47,127 bases of DNA from an uncultured Candidatus Saccharibacteria bacterium (GCA_964421005.1 CAYQUV010000002.1:1-47127), one strand, 5' to 3'. Counted from the stretch's first letter, positions 36,328 through 45,280 are shown. Made by a program: numbers and translations. Notes: generated by a model from the sequence alone, not told the origin.

Positions 36328-39300
36328 TTAATAATCAGTTAATCTGTTAAGAGGAGGCCCGTCTACTAAAACATCGCCTAAAAGTTCTAAATGGAAGGTA
36401 AATTTATCAACAATACATTGCATAATACTTACACAGCACTTATTTTCTTTTTCTATTCTTTTTCGGCAGCAAAGCTTCAAATCATCTATCTCTCTATAAT
36501 CCTCTTTGTTTTCATCGCGGTAGCATTTCTTATCTTTTTCTTCTCTTTGGGTCGCTTCCCGGCAGATTCGGCAGCCATCATAAAAGCAGCATTTCTCATC
36601 TTCTTTTCTTTCTCCTATCTCTATTTTACACTCTTCCGTTCCTTTTCCCCGGCATCTTGGAACGCAAACCAACCCTTCTCCTAAGGAACAACATTCTTTG
36701 CTTTCTATTTTATAAACTTCTTCCGGGGATGAGCATTTTCCATTTACTTGTTCCACATTTGTAGCTGGCCTACATACACCCGCCATTTCATCGGCTGTTT
36801 TTCCTCCCAGTTCTACCCCTATTAATTTTCCAAGAGCTTTGCCCAGGATAGCAATACCTTGTTTGGGCCATTCCAGTAAAACTTGGTTAGAAGCATCTCT
36901 GATTCTAGCCTCCATATTAACTGTTGCTGCATTAATTCTTGCGTCAAGATTTTCTTTTGCTATAAAGATATTAGCCACAGTATCGGTTAGGTGAAGAGCT
37001 TTGCCTAGAGTATCTACATAACGTTCTCCTAAAGGAGTAGTCAGCGCTAAATAATCCATAAGAGAAGGAGAGATTGCTATTTTGTCGCTGATAAGTTTTT
37101 GCGGAAGAAGTTCTTCAATTAATTGAGCTGGAGTTTTTGCCAGAATATCTTGGATTCTCTGCCACTCTTCCCAGCCTAATCTTTGATTGAGACAAGCTTC
37201 TCCATGAATAATTTTTCCTTCAGGACCTGTCCCACATTCCGGATCAATTGCTCTAAAAATAAGTCTGATAATTTCCTCACTCATAGGTCCCTGGTTTATC
37301 TGGTTTCCGATTGGAGTCGCCAAGAAATCAGCAAAGGCTATCATATTTTCTCCCATATTTTGTTCTTGGAACGATTCAATCTCAAATCCTTGAGTTTCAA
37401 GTGCTTCTTTTACTCTTTCTAAATCTACCGGTTTGGTGTAAACATCAGCATCTAAATTATCTTCTGTTCCATGCTGATAAAAATAAATAGCTTCTGCCCC
37501 AGCTTGAAGCGCTTTTGATTCTAATTCTTCTTTATCCTCTTTATTAATAACTAAAGAAATTATTCCTTCAAATGTTTGAACTTGGCTCTGTTCCAGATTC
37601 ATTCCTATTTTTCTGAGAAGAGTTACCGGTGTGTCGCCGTATAAATAACGCAGGAGATCATTTAAGGCCTCCGGCCTTTCTTCGGGTTTCAACTTATCTC
37701 TAATCAGGGCAAATAAAATCTGATACTCTTTTGGATGAACATAATAGACAAGGTTTTGGTCAAGGCCAAAGATTTGAGCCGGATTAAAATCCAACAAAAG
37801 ACAGCTTATATATTGCTCTTTGCGCTCTGAGGGAACTTCTTCTCCCGGAGCATCTAAAAGAATCTCTAAAGCTTTGGCAGTGGTTGGCCTTTCCAAACTT
37901 TCCATTGAATACCTGGGACCCCTTGCTTCAGCAAATTCTCTCGCCATTATATTTTCAAAAGTCCAGTCTGGAAAATCTTCTCTGAAGTCTTTGATTACTT
38001 TTCCGCAGACACCATCATGTAAAAGCCCGTAAGGAGTTTGGGCAAGAAAATTTCTTCCCCGGTAATTCTCACCTTTCAAGTAGCGCATTATGCCAAAAGA
38101 AGGCCAGGTAAGGACATCATAGAGCGTTGTATTTTGAGCAATCCAAGCAACAAAAGCTTTGGCAAAATCTTCGCCTTTTTGTTGCTGAAGGGATAAATCA
38201 TTAAGCCTGCTAATGCCTTCTGCTTCTTCTTTTGGCGAGATATCGCTTTTTTCAGGATTTCTTTCTCCCCAATCTCTGGTCCAATCATTGTATAATTCTC
38301 TTTCTTTGATTAATCGGTCAGTATCTTTTCTTATATCTTGATTTGGAAAAGCAACTGTTAACCATTGATAACTTTCTATTTCTTCTTGTTTTTCTTCTGA
38401 AGTTCTTTGGTCTGTTGGTTCTATCAAATTATAATGCTTTTCTATCCCATATTTGAAGAGAGTAAAAGCAATTGAGTTATTAACTGAAATCTTACAGCTT
38501 TCACATTGGAAATTAAGATTATTTGGTAAATCTTGTTTTTTGCAGCCTCCATAACAACCAACTCCGTTACATTCTTCAGCTACTTTTCTGTCTACTCTAT
38601 TACATTCGGTATTCAAGAGATTCTTGATTATTGTTCCGATTGGCCTGTTCCAGCCGGACAAGGGATTTTCACAAGCGTACCATCTGAAATAACAAAAAGC
38701 CTTTTCTGATTCAGACATTAAACTCCACTCCGTTTTTAATGTATCCGGATAGGGGAAAAGTCCTCCTATTTCTTTTGTTCTCACTTTATTACAAGCATCC
38801 TTTATAGTCTGGTTACTTTCTCCTCTTTTTTGGATATTAAGTTCTCCGCAAATAACCTGTTTTGGGGTTCCGATGATGAGGTCTTTGATGTTGGTTATTT
38901 CCGGCCAGAGAAGTTCAGCCGGAGATTTATTCAGATATTTATCCCTGATATCATCAGGTATAAATTCTTCAATTTTATTCTCAAGAGGTTTTTTAACTTC
39001 TTCTGGTAAATATTCAAAAGGCTCTGAATGGAGACGTTTTTCAATTTCGCAAGCATATTTTCCCACATTACTTCCAATTTCTATTTCATCCATTCCTTGA
39101 TAAAGTTTAATTGTTTGTCCTCTTTCTGCTTTTTTACAAATATCGGCTAATATCTGGTCTATATTGCTTTCCAAATACCCGGCTATTTGTTTAGGCAAAA
39201 GGTCTTTAATTGTTGAAGATAAAAATTGATGGAGTTTTTTCTGGAAATCGCTTAGTTGTTTAAGATAAGGTTGTAGAGGGGTTAGAATTTCATCTTCCAC

Positions 39301-41757
39301 CCAAACCTGGGCATATCGGGTTAAGGTATAAACAGAAGTTTGAGTTAGAGCAACTAGAAGTTGCTCAGCGAAATTAACTGTTCCGGCAAGAAATTCTCTT
39401 GTCCATTTTGAAATATTTTCCCTGGTTGGTTTTATACTTCCCCAGTCTATCCACTCTCCATAACACTCGCCACATTCTTTTCCTTTTTCGGCCGTTCTGT
39501 CCCAGCAATAACCAGCATAATGGCAAAAGTCATCTTTATTTTCTTCTGTTTTAAATGAAGGATGGTCGATTCCTTCACTTATTTTATCCCATTCAGTGTT
39601 TATTTCTTCAGGAGTCGGATGAAGACACTTTCCCTCTCCCGTTTTTTCATTTGTAACTTGAAAATATCTTCCTTCTGTTACAAAACATTTCTCTCGAGGA
39701 AGATATTCAGGAGCGTAATCAGGATTATTCTTTTTCCATTTCTCTATTTGTTCTATAGCAGGCATACTTAGCTGGGTGCCTAAATCAGCAACTAATTCCG
39801 CTGTTTTATTATCCGCTCTTTTTTTGAGGTCCTTTAAATTCTCCATCAGAAAAGCATCAACTGTCTGGAGATAGCTTGAAACAAAGAATGGTAAAACTTC
39901 TGTCATTCTTTTTACTAAGTTTTCCCTTAAAAAAGGAACTTGCTCTTCCAAGCTTTGTTTTAAACCTTTCTGTAAAACGGCCGGCAAAAGGTCAATTATT
40001 TCACTGCCCAAAATCTGATTCAGGTCTCTATCAAAAATTACATCTCTTAATTTTGTTTTGAGAATTCTTTGGATTTCTTCGGGCAGGCGCTCTCTTAAAT
40101 CTTCAGTTAAAACATCAACCAGCTTATTGGAAAGGAAATGAGGAGGAATGTTTTGTTTTCTGCAATCCGCTTCGCTCATTCCCTTCTTCCGGCAATCTGC
40201 TATCATTTTGTCGGAAATATCCCTTGTTATTCCTTCTCTCATTTTTTCCAAAAATGCTTCGGTAAAATCTAAATTTTGCCCGGCTAAAGTTTCGCCTAAA
40301 TAGTCGGCCAATCCTTCTCTTATTGTCTTTTCAACAATATCTGAAAGATTTTCTTCATCAAGTATAAATGTCCCTTGACCAAAAGCAGAGCTTAGGCATT
40401 CTTGAATCATTTGTTCAATATCTTCCAAACTAAGCTGGGTTAAAACAGAAAACAAACTTGCCCTCTGGCTCTCCCGGTAAATCCTCTGATTTTCTCTTCT
40501 TATTTCCGGGGGAATGATTTCGCCTTCCAAAGGAGCATAAAAAGTAAAAGGGTCACTGATGGCAGGACTCATTTTTACTTCCTGGCTTTGGGGGAATTGC
40601 TTTGGTTTCTCCAACTCAATTTCATAACCCAAATCTTTTATGGCTTCTTTGTGGCTGAGGAAGTCCTCTTGGAAATCAATTTCTAACAATCCGGAGATTA
40701 AAAAGTTCCCTGTGTTTATTCCTAAAGTTTTTTCAATTAAACCTAATTGGCCAGTGGAAAGTTTTATTTTCTGGCCTTGGAGTTCGGCTAAAAGTTCCTG
40801 GAGTCGTTCCCTTTTTTCTTTTATTTCTCTTAAATCGCACTTTGGAGCTGAGATTTCTTGGCCTTTTTCGTTTATATCCTCTCCGGTTCCGCAATTATAA
40901 CAGCGGGTTAAGCAGACATTCTGTCCTCCCTTTAAAAGTTCTTCGAGTTCCTCTACTGTTTTTGCCCCCATTTTATCCAAAAAACTCTGACTTTTTTTCT
41001 CTTTTTCAGACATCCCGCCGACACATTTTCCTTCTAAACCATCCCATTCTACATGATATTTTGTGTTTCCGCATTGACAATTTTTTAAAGCACTCATTAA
41101 GTTGTTAGTTGTTTCAACTACATCGGTCAAAATACCTATAATCTCAAGCAAAGGAGCTTCAATTAAATGAACCTTATCTCTTGGGAATTCGCCCAAAGAG
41201 AGGAGAACTTCTCTCATCTCTTCATTGGTAGAAGTTGTTTCGTCAAGGTCATTAATTGTTTTTTCAAGGAGTGTTCCGAGAGGAATCTGTAAAAAAGTAA
41301 CTTTTTCAGCAGAAATCAAAGGAGAAACGCCGGGAGTTATTATAGAAGGAGGAGCTTCTACCTTAAAAACAAGCAATTGAGGATTAATTACTGCTAAAAT
41401 TAAATAGGAACAGATTATAATTAAAAGACCTAAAAGTCCTTGGTTTATTCTGGTTTTGGCAATAACTAAAACAGCCGGTTTAGCGCCGGAAATTAAATAT
41501 AAAACTCCGCCATAAATTACAACAGTAACTGCTACAGCGATAGCAAGTACAAAAAATAGGCGGAGAAAATAATTTATATAGAGAGGAAAAGCCTCCTGAG
41601 CGGAAATGATTCCTCCTTCTATTTTTTCTTGAATCTGGTTTGGAGTTTCAGCTCCTGGTATTGGAGGGTATTTTATCTCCAGAGCAAAAGCAGAATTAGC
41701 CCCGAAAAGAAAAACAATCAAAAGAGAAACAAAAAGAAATTTTTTAAACCTTACCAT
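36328..41757 (-). CDS. Giant protein (1809 aa): signal peptide plus T4SS-pilin-like module fused to a roughly 1650-aa ectodomain with a Cys-rich tail
   Basis: Uninterrupted 5.4-kb ORF. Signal (..ANSAFA/LE), YPPIPGAE, two TM helices with GGVLYLISGAKPAVLVIAKTRINQGLLGLLIIICSYLILAVINPQLL. The last ~150 aa contain 17 Cys by hand count, including four CC doublets. Confidence 0.8.
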   Translation of the reverse strand: MVRFKKFLFVSLLIVFLFGANSAFALEIKYPPIPGAETPNQIQEKIEGGIISAQEAFPLYINYFLRLFFVLAIAVAVTVVIYGGVLYLISGAKPAVLVIAKTRINQGLLGLLIIICSYLILAVINPQLLVFKVEAPPSIITPGVSPLISAEKVTFLQIPLGTLLEKTINDLDETTSTNEEMREVLLSLGEFPRDKVHLIEAPLLEIIGILTDVVETTNNLMSALKNCQCGNTKYHVEWDGLEGKCVGGMSEKEKKSQSFLDKMGAKTVEELEELLKGGQNVCLTRCYNCGTGEDINEKGQEISAPKCDLREIKEKRERLQELLAELQGQKIKLSTGQLGLIEKTLGINTGNFLISGLLEIDFQEDFLSHKEAIKDLGYEIELEKPKQFPQSQEVKMSPAISDPFTFYAPLEGEIIPPEIRRENQRIYRESQRASLFSVLTQLSLEDIEQMIQECLSSAFGQGTFILDEENLSDIVEKTIREGLADYLGETLAGQNLDFTEAFLEKMREGITRDISDKMIADCRKKGMSEADCRKQNIPPHFLSNKLVDVLTEDLRERLPEEIQRILKTKLRDVIFDRDLNQILGSEIIDLLPAVLQKGLKQSLEEQVPFLRENLVKRMTEVLPFFVSSYLQTVDAFLMENLKDLKKRADNKTAELVADLGTQLSMPAIEQIEKWKKNNPDYAPEYLPREKCFVTEGRYFQVTNEKTGEGKCLHPTPEEINTEWDKISEGIDHPSFKTEENKDDFCHYAGYCWDRTAEKGKECGECYGEWIDWGSIKPTRENISKWTREFLAGTVNFAEQLLVALTQTSVYTLTRYAQVWVEDEILTPLQPYLKQLSDFQKKLHQFLSSTIKDLLPKQIAGYLESNIDQILADICKKAERGQTIKLYQGMDEIEIGSNVGKYACEIEKRLHSEPFEYLPEEVKKPLENKIEEFIPDDIRDKYLNKSPAELLWPEITNIKDLIIGTPKQVICGELNIQKRGESNQTIKDACNKVRTKEIGGLFPYPDTLKTEWSLMSESEKAFCYFRWYACENPLSGWNRPIGTIIKNLLNTECNRVDRKVAEECNGVGCYGGCKKQDLPNNLNFQCESCKISVNNSIAFTLFKYGIEKHYNLIEPTDQRTSEEKQEEIESYQWLTVAFPNQDIRKDTDRLIKERELYNDWTRDWGERNPEKSDISPKEEAEGISRLNDLSLQQQKGEDFAKAFVAWIAQNTTLYDVLTWPSFGIMRYLKGENYRGRNFLAQTPYGLLHDGVCGKVIKDFREDFPDWTFENIMAREFAEARGPRYSMESLERPTTAKALEILLDAPGEEVPSERKEQYISCLLLDFNPAQIFGLDQNLVYYVHPKEYQILFALIRDKLKPEERPEALNDLLRYLYGDTPVTLLRKIGMNLEQSQVQTFEGIISLVINKEDKEELESKALQAGAEAIYFYQHGTEDNLDADVYTKPVDLERVKEALETQGFEIESFQEQNMGENMIAFADFLATPIGNQINQGPMSEEIIRLIFRAIDPECGTGPEGKIIHGEACLNQRLGWEEWQRIQDILAKTPAQLIEELLPQKLISDKIAISPSLMDYLALTTPLGERYVDTLGKALHLTDTVANIFIAKENLDARINAATVNMEARIRDASNQVLLEWPKQGIAILGKALGKLIGVELGGKTADEMAGVCRPATNVEQVNGKCSSPEEVYKIESKECCSLGEGLVCVPRCRGKGTEECKIEIGERKEDEKCCFYDGCRICREATQREEKDKKCYRDENKEDYREIDDLKLCCRKRIEKENKCCVSIMQCIVDKFTFHLELLGDVLVDGPPLNRLTDY

Positions 41758-41809
41758 TTTATTTGTATTTTACCCCTAAATTCGTCTTGATTCGTAAATT
41801 TATTGATAA

Positions 41810-42190
41810 TTAGCTGCTTTTTAACTCCGAATAAACCATTAGAATGAAGCCGGGGTAAATATCTCCCAAAACAGGGCATATTTCTACCAATAACTTTTTC
41901 CACTGTTTTTTAAGAAACTTTTTAACTAAACCTTGAGCTGCTCCTCTTTCTTTCCCAGATTTTGGGTTTTTAATAGACATACTTCCTGAACGGAAAAATA
42001 TCCACATTCCTATAACAGTAAATCCAAAAACATTGACAATTTGTCCCAGCAAGACTCCAATCCCGAAAGCAGCTACTAAAATTATGGAAATCCAACCTGC
42101 CACGTCAAACAGTCCCGCTATAAAGAGCATCATAATTCCCTCCGGACTAAAAAGAGCTCCTTTTGGATTGTTTGTTTCCTCTCTCATCAT
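41810..42190 (-). CDS. Small polytopic membrane protein (126 aa) of the T4SS-like operon
   Basis: Two or three hydrophobic helices separated by a basic loop (KNPKSGKERGAAQGLVKKFLKKQWKK). Lies 12 nt downstream of the VirB4-like gene. Confidence 0.6.
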   Translation of the reverse strand: MMREETNNPKGALFSPEGIMMLFIAGLFDVAGWISIILVAAFGIGVLLGQIVNVFGFTVIGMWIFFRSGSMSIKNPKSGKERGAAQGLVKKFLKKQWKKLLVEICPVLGDIYPGFILMVYSELKSS

Positions 42191-42202
42191 TTTAATTTTT
42201 CT

Positions 42203-43990
42203 TTATTTCTTTAATTTTTTCTTGAGCTCTTTTATTTTCTTTACTTCCTCGGGAGAAGAAGTGATAATCTGGTCTTCAGCATAACTCGCTACTACCTTAA
42301 GAGCAACCCTTTTTTGGCCGGCAATAAAAATTCCTTCTCCAACATCACATTCTAGAAGAAGATATTTTTCTTCGTCAGCCAGGTTGAAAGTTTTTTGAAC
42401 AAAATCAATAGTAGCGGGACTTTGTTTCATTAGAAACTGTAAAGAAGAATTAGTGATAATCGGTTGACCGTAAGCCGATTTCATAAAATCGCCGATGTCC
42501 TGAGTAATAGTTGAAACACCCAGCCAATATTTCCTGGCTCTTTTACAGATGCCGAACAAAAACGAAGCGCCGTCTTCCGATTGCATTATCCACCATGCTT
42601 CATCAACCAGCAGAATTCTTTTTTTCAACTCGGCTCTAATACTGTTCCAGATATATCTTAAAATAATAAACATAGCCATTGGCCTTAATTCCTCCTCCAT
42701 ATCTCTAATTCCAAAGCTGACTAAGCTCTTTTCCATTGAGACATTTGTCGGATTGTTAAAGAATTGGGCATAATTTCCGGTGGTGAATTTTCTTACTCTT
42801 TCAACCAGAGATTCTGCTCCCTCCATACCTTCAAGAATTGTTTGGAAATCCGACATTAGAGGAATTCTCTCTTTCCATTTGCTCGGGTCGGATTCGGGGG
42901 TAATATCTCTGGCTTTGTAAGTTTCAATAATTGCTCTATCAATAATAGAATCTTCTTCCGGAGTTAATCCCCCCAACATTATTCTGAAAAGGCCTACCAG
43001 ATTTATTGCGTTTGATCTTAGAGTATCCTCCGGTTTCTCGTCTTCGGTTGGAGGAGGAAGATCAAAAGGATTTAAATGATGGGGTGAAGTCAGAGAAACA
43101 TTAAAGAAAGAGCCACCTACTGCTTCAGCCAGCCATTGATATTCGTTTTCCGGGTCTATTATTATCACCGGAACATCCTGCATCAGATATCTCAAAGCTT
43201 CTAGTTTACAAAAATACGATTTCCCGCTGCCGCTTTTTGCGAAAACGCACATATTACCATTTTCTAAAGTAAACCTATCAAAGAGAACCAAAGAATTATT
43301 ATGTTGGTTTATGCCGTAGAGAATTCCCTCGTTAGCACTTAAATCCGGGGAAACGAAAGGGAAGATACTTGACAAAGGAGCGGTATTCATCGGCGTGTGA
43401 ACCAGAATTTCATCCAGACCGTAGGGTGAAGTTGAGATAAAACCTTCCTTTTCTCTTAACAGAGTCGGTTTTATATAAATCAATCTTGACTCAAAAACCG
43501 ACCTCATTCTAATTTCAATATCCCTTAATTCTTTTTGGCTGTCTCCGTAAACAGTGATATAAAGCCCTAATCTGAAAACTCTTTCACTTGCCGTTTGGAG
43601 GGCATCTCTTAAGTTTTCAATATCCTTGTATGCGGTTTCCAGAGTCGGGTCGCGGATAAGGCCTTTCTCTTCTCTTTCTATCAGTTCGGCTTGAACTTCA
43701 GTTATTTTTTTTCTAAGTTGTCTTAAAATTACTGCTGAATCTACTGGATGGATATGAAAAGAGATATCCAAAGGATGGTTAATATTGATAATTGGCGACA
43801 TCCAGCCGGTTGAAAGATATCTCGGATAAGAAAAAACAAAAAAAGTTTTGGAAAATCTTTCTCCCAATCTTAAATAATTTTGAGATACTTCAACCGACGA
43901 TGGAGCAACAATATCCTCAATTTTTATTTCTTCTTTTTTTAATTTTAATCCTTTAATTTCTCTTTCTTTTTTTAAAAAGGGCAGTTTCAT
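42203..43990 (-). CDS. virB4: VirB4/TraC-family T4SS ATPase (short, 595 aa)
   Basis: Walker A FAKSGSGKSYF (about aa 250). Walker B ILLVDEAWWIM. Downstream GVSTITQDIGDF. N-terminal ..YLRLGERFSKTFFVFSYPRYLSTGWMSPI..PLDISFHIHP typical of VirB4 pre-ATPase domains. Confidence 0.85.
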   Translation of the reverse strand: MKLPFLKKEREIKGLKLKKEEIKIEDIVAPSSVEVSQNYLRLGERFSKTFFVFSYPRYLSTGWMSPIININHPLDISFHIHPVDSAVILRQLRKKITEVQAELIEREEKGLIRDPTLETAYKDIENLRDALQTASERVFRLGLYITVYGDSQKELRDIEIRMRSVFESRLIYIKPTLLREKEGFISTSPYGLDEILVHTPMNTAPLSSIFPFVSPDLSANEGILYGINQHNNSLVLFDRFTLENGNMCVFAKSGSGKSYFCKLEALRYLMQDVPVIIIDPENEYQWLAEAVGGSFFNVSLTSPHHLNPFDLPPPTEDEKPEDTLRSNAINLVGLFRIMLGGLTPEEDSIIDRAIIETYKARDITPESDPSKWKERIPLMSDFQTILEGMEGAESLVERVRKFTTGNYAQFFNNPTNVSMEKSLVSFGIRDMEEELRPMAMFIILRYIWNSIRAELKKRILLVDEAWWIMQSEDGASFLFGICKRARKYWLGVSTITQDIGDFMKSAYGQPIITNSSLQFLMKQSPATIDFVQKTFNLADEEKYLLLECDVGEGIFIAGQKRVALKVVASYAEDQIITSSPEEVKKIKELKKKLKK

Positions 43991-44004
43991 AATTATTTAA
44001 TAAA

Positions 44005-44649
44005 TCATTTAATAAGTTCAGGTAATATTTCAGGATAATAGCCATATTCTGCTTCTTTTGGATGATGTAAACTCCAGAAGAGTTCAATTAATTCGGGGGT
44101 GGTTAAGGGAACGGCTGTCAGCCCGCAGCGTCTCAAACCAATAGCTACAAATTCCATTCTTTGCCAGAGTTGCTCTTTGCATCTTTTAAAATTTTCTTCG
44201 GTTAGACCAAATTCTCCTTTTTTGCCAATTCCTTTTAATAAACCGCCGGTTACCCCTATTGCTTCGGAAAGAGTGAAGGGAACAACGATTAAGAATTCCT
44301 TTCTCATAATTGTTCCTTCTTCGACCAGCCCTTCAACGAATTTCCGATACTCAGCAGTTTGAACTTTCAGAAGTTCATTCTGCTGGTTTTTCTCAAGCTC
44401 TTTTAATTTGTCAAAATAACCGGTGATATTTAATCTCCTTGATTGGACCACAATTTGGCAAGAAAAATCTAATGAATTTAAAAAACTCTGAAATTGATAA
44501 ATGGTTGCTTTTTGTTCTTCTTCCGATTTTAAATCAAAGTTTATTGAAGAAACCAAAAGAATCCCTCTTAAAGCTTTATTTCTTAAAACAATCACTCCCT
44601 CTCTGATTTCGGCTATTTCTAAGAACTTTTGGGATGGAGTTTTAAACAT
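44005..44649 (-). CDS. 214-aa soluble protein resembling the extreme N-terminal domain of long (Gram-positive-type) VirB4 ATPases
   Basis: FLEIAEIREGVIVLRNKALRGILLVSSINFDLKSEEEQKATIYQFQSFLNSLDFSCQIVVQS matches, from memory, the N-terminal pattern of PrgJ/TcpF/Orf16-type VirB4s. No Walker motif. Sits between the VirB3-like and VirB4-like genes. Confidence 0.5.
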   Translation of the reverse strand: MFKTPSQKFLEIAEIREGVIVLRNKALRGILLVSSINFDLKSEEEQKATIYQFQSFLNSLDFSCQIVVQSRRLNITGYFDKLKELEKNQQNELLKVQTAEYRKFVEGLVEEGTIMRKEFLIVVPFTLSEAIGVTGGLLKGIGKKGEFGLTEENFKRCKEQLWQRMEFVAIGLRRCGLTAVPLTTPELIELFWSLHHPKEAEYGYYPEILPELIK

Positions 44650-44679
44650 AAAATTGTGAAGCTTTTAATTAAAAAATTT

Positions 44680-45087
44680 TTATCTTAACCCTCTTTCTAT
44701 TTTGGAAGAAAGTTTCCTTAGTTTACTTTCGGGAGAAACTTTTAAAGGAGCCTCTTCCTTTTCTTTTTTCTTAACCCCTTCTTTTTCTAAAAGTTTAATA
44801 ACCGGTTTCTCTTTTTTTTCCCAGATGTATCTTTTTGCCGAAATAAAATATCCAAAAAACTGTCCTACTAAGTGATAGAGAGGTATTCCTTCAATTCTAA
44901 ACAGTAAAAGAGCCGCAGTTCCCCCTCCGACAATAAAAAGAACGAAAACAAAGGTAGAGAGAGGTAAAAGATAATACAAAACAAACAAAATTATACCAAC
45001 TATGCCGAGATAAGCTAACTGCTTGAAAGTTAAAAAAGCAAAAATCTTTGTTTCTCTTTCTAAAAATTTTGGTACCTTAAACCTCAT
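44680..45087 (-). CDS. PrgI-family (VirB3-like) two-TM protein, first gene of the operon
   Basis: 135 aa. ..KIFAFLTFKQLAYLGIVGIILFVLYY.. followed by a second TM and a basic tail. Size, topology and position immediately upstream of VirB4 match VirB3/PrgI. Confidence 0.6.
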   Translation of the reverse strand: MRFKVPKFLERETKIFAFLTFKQLAYLGIVGIILFVLYYLLPLSTFVFVLFIVGGGTAALLLFRIEGIPLYHLVGQFFGYFISAKRYIWEKKEKPVIKLLEKEGVKKKEKEEAPLKVSPESKLRKLSSKIERGLR

Positions 45088-45251
45088 GGGAGTTTATTTT
45101 ATTATAACCTTTATAAAGATTATAACACACCCTTGATAAATAGAAAATCAACAGCCAAAAAGGTTTGAGTTTCAATTTCTCTTCAGGGACTATTAGAAAA
45201 CGGTTAGATTTTTTAAGATCGAGTCCGGAATTACTATTTTTTAGTTAGCTC

Positions 45252-45280
45252 TTGACATTAAGGAACTTTTTTGTTATAAA
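45252..45280 (+). promoter_or_regulatory. Candidate sigma70-type promoter for the 196-aa membrane-protein gene
   Basis: TTGACA (45252..45257), 17-bp spacer, TATAAA (45275..45280), in the divergent intergenic region. Confidence 0.45.

Noticed and set aside
31069-41108. About twenty 60-145-aa ORFs on either strand inside the two giant genes (e.g. 34256..34693 +, 34246..34470 -, 38088..38288 -)
   Set aside because: All are nested in uninterrupted 5.2- and 5.4-kb reading frames whose translations carry coherent repeats and signal peptides. The small ORFs are compositional artefacts.
45101-45127. Two TATAAT-like hexamers (one with an extended TGn) on the minus strand upstream of the PrgI-like gene, as the operon promoter
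   Set aside because: Neither has a convincing -35 element at 16-18 bp, and TATAAT-like strings are common at this base composition. It is plausible but not supportable as a called feature without 5'-end data.
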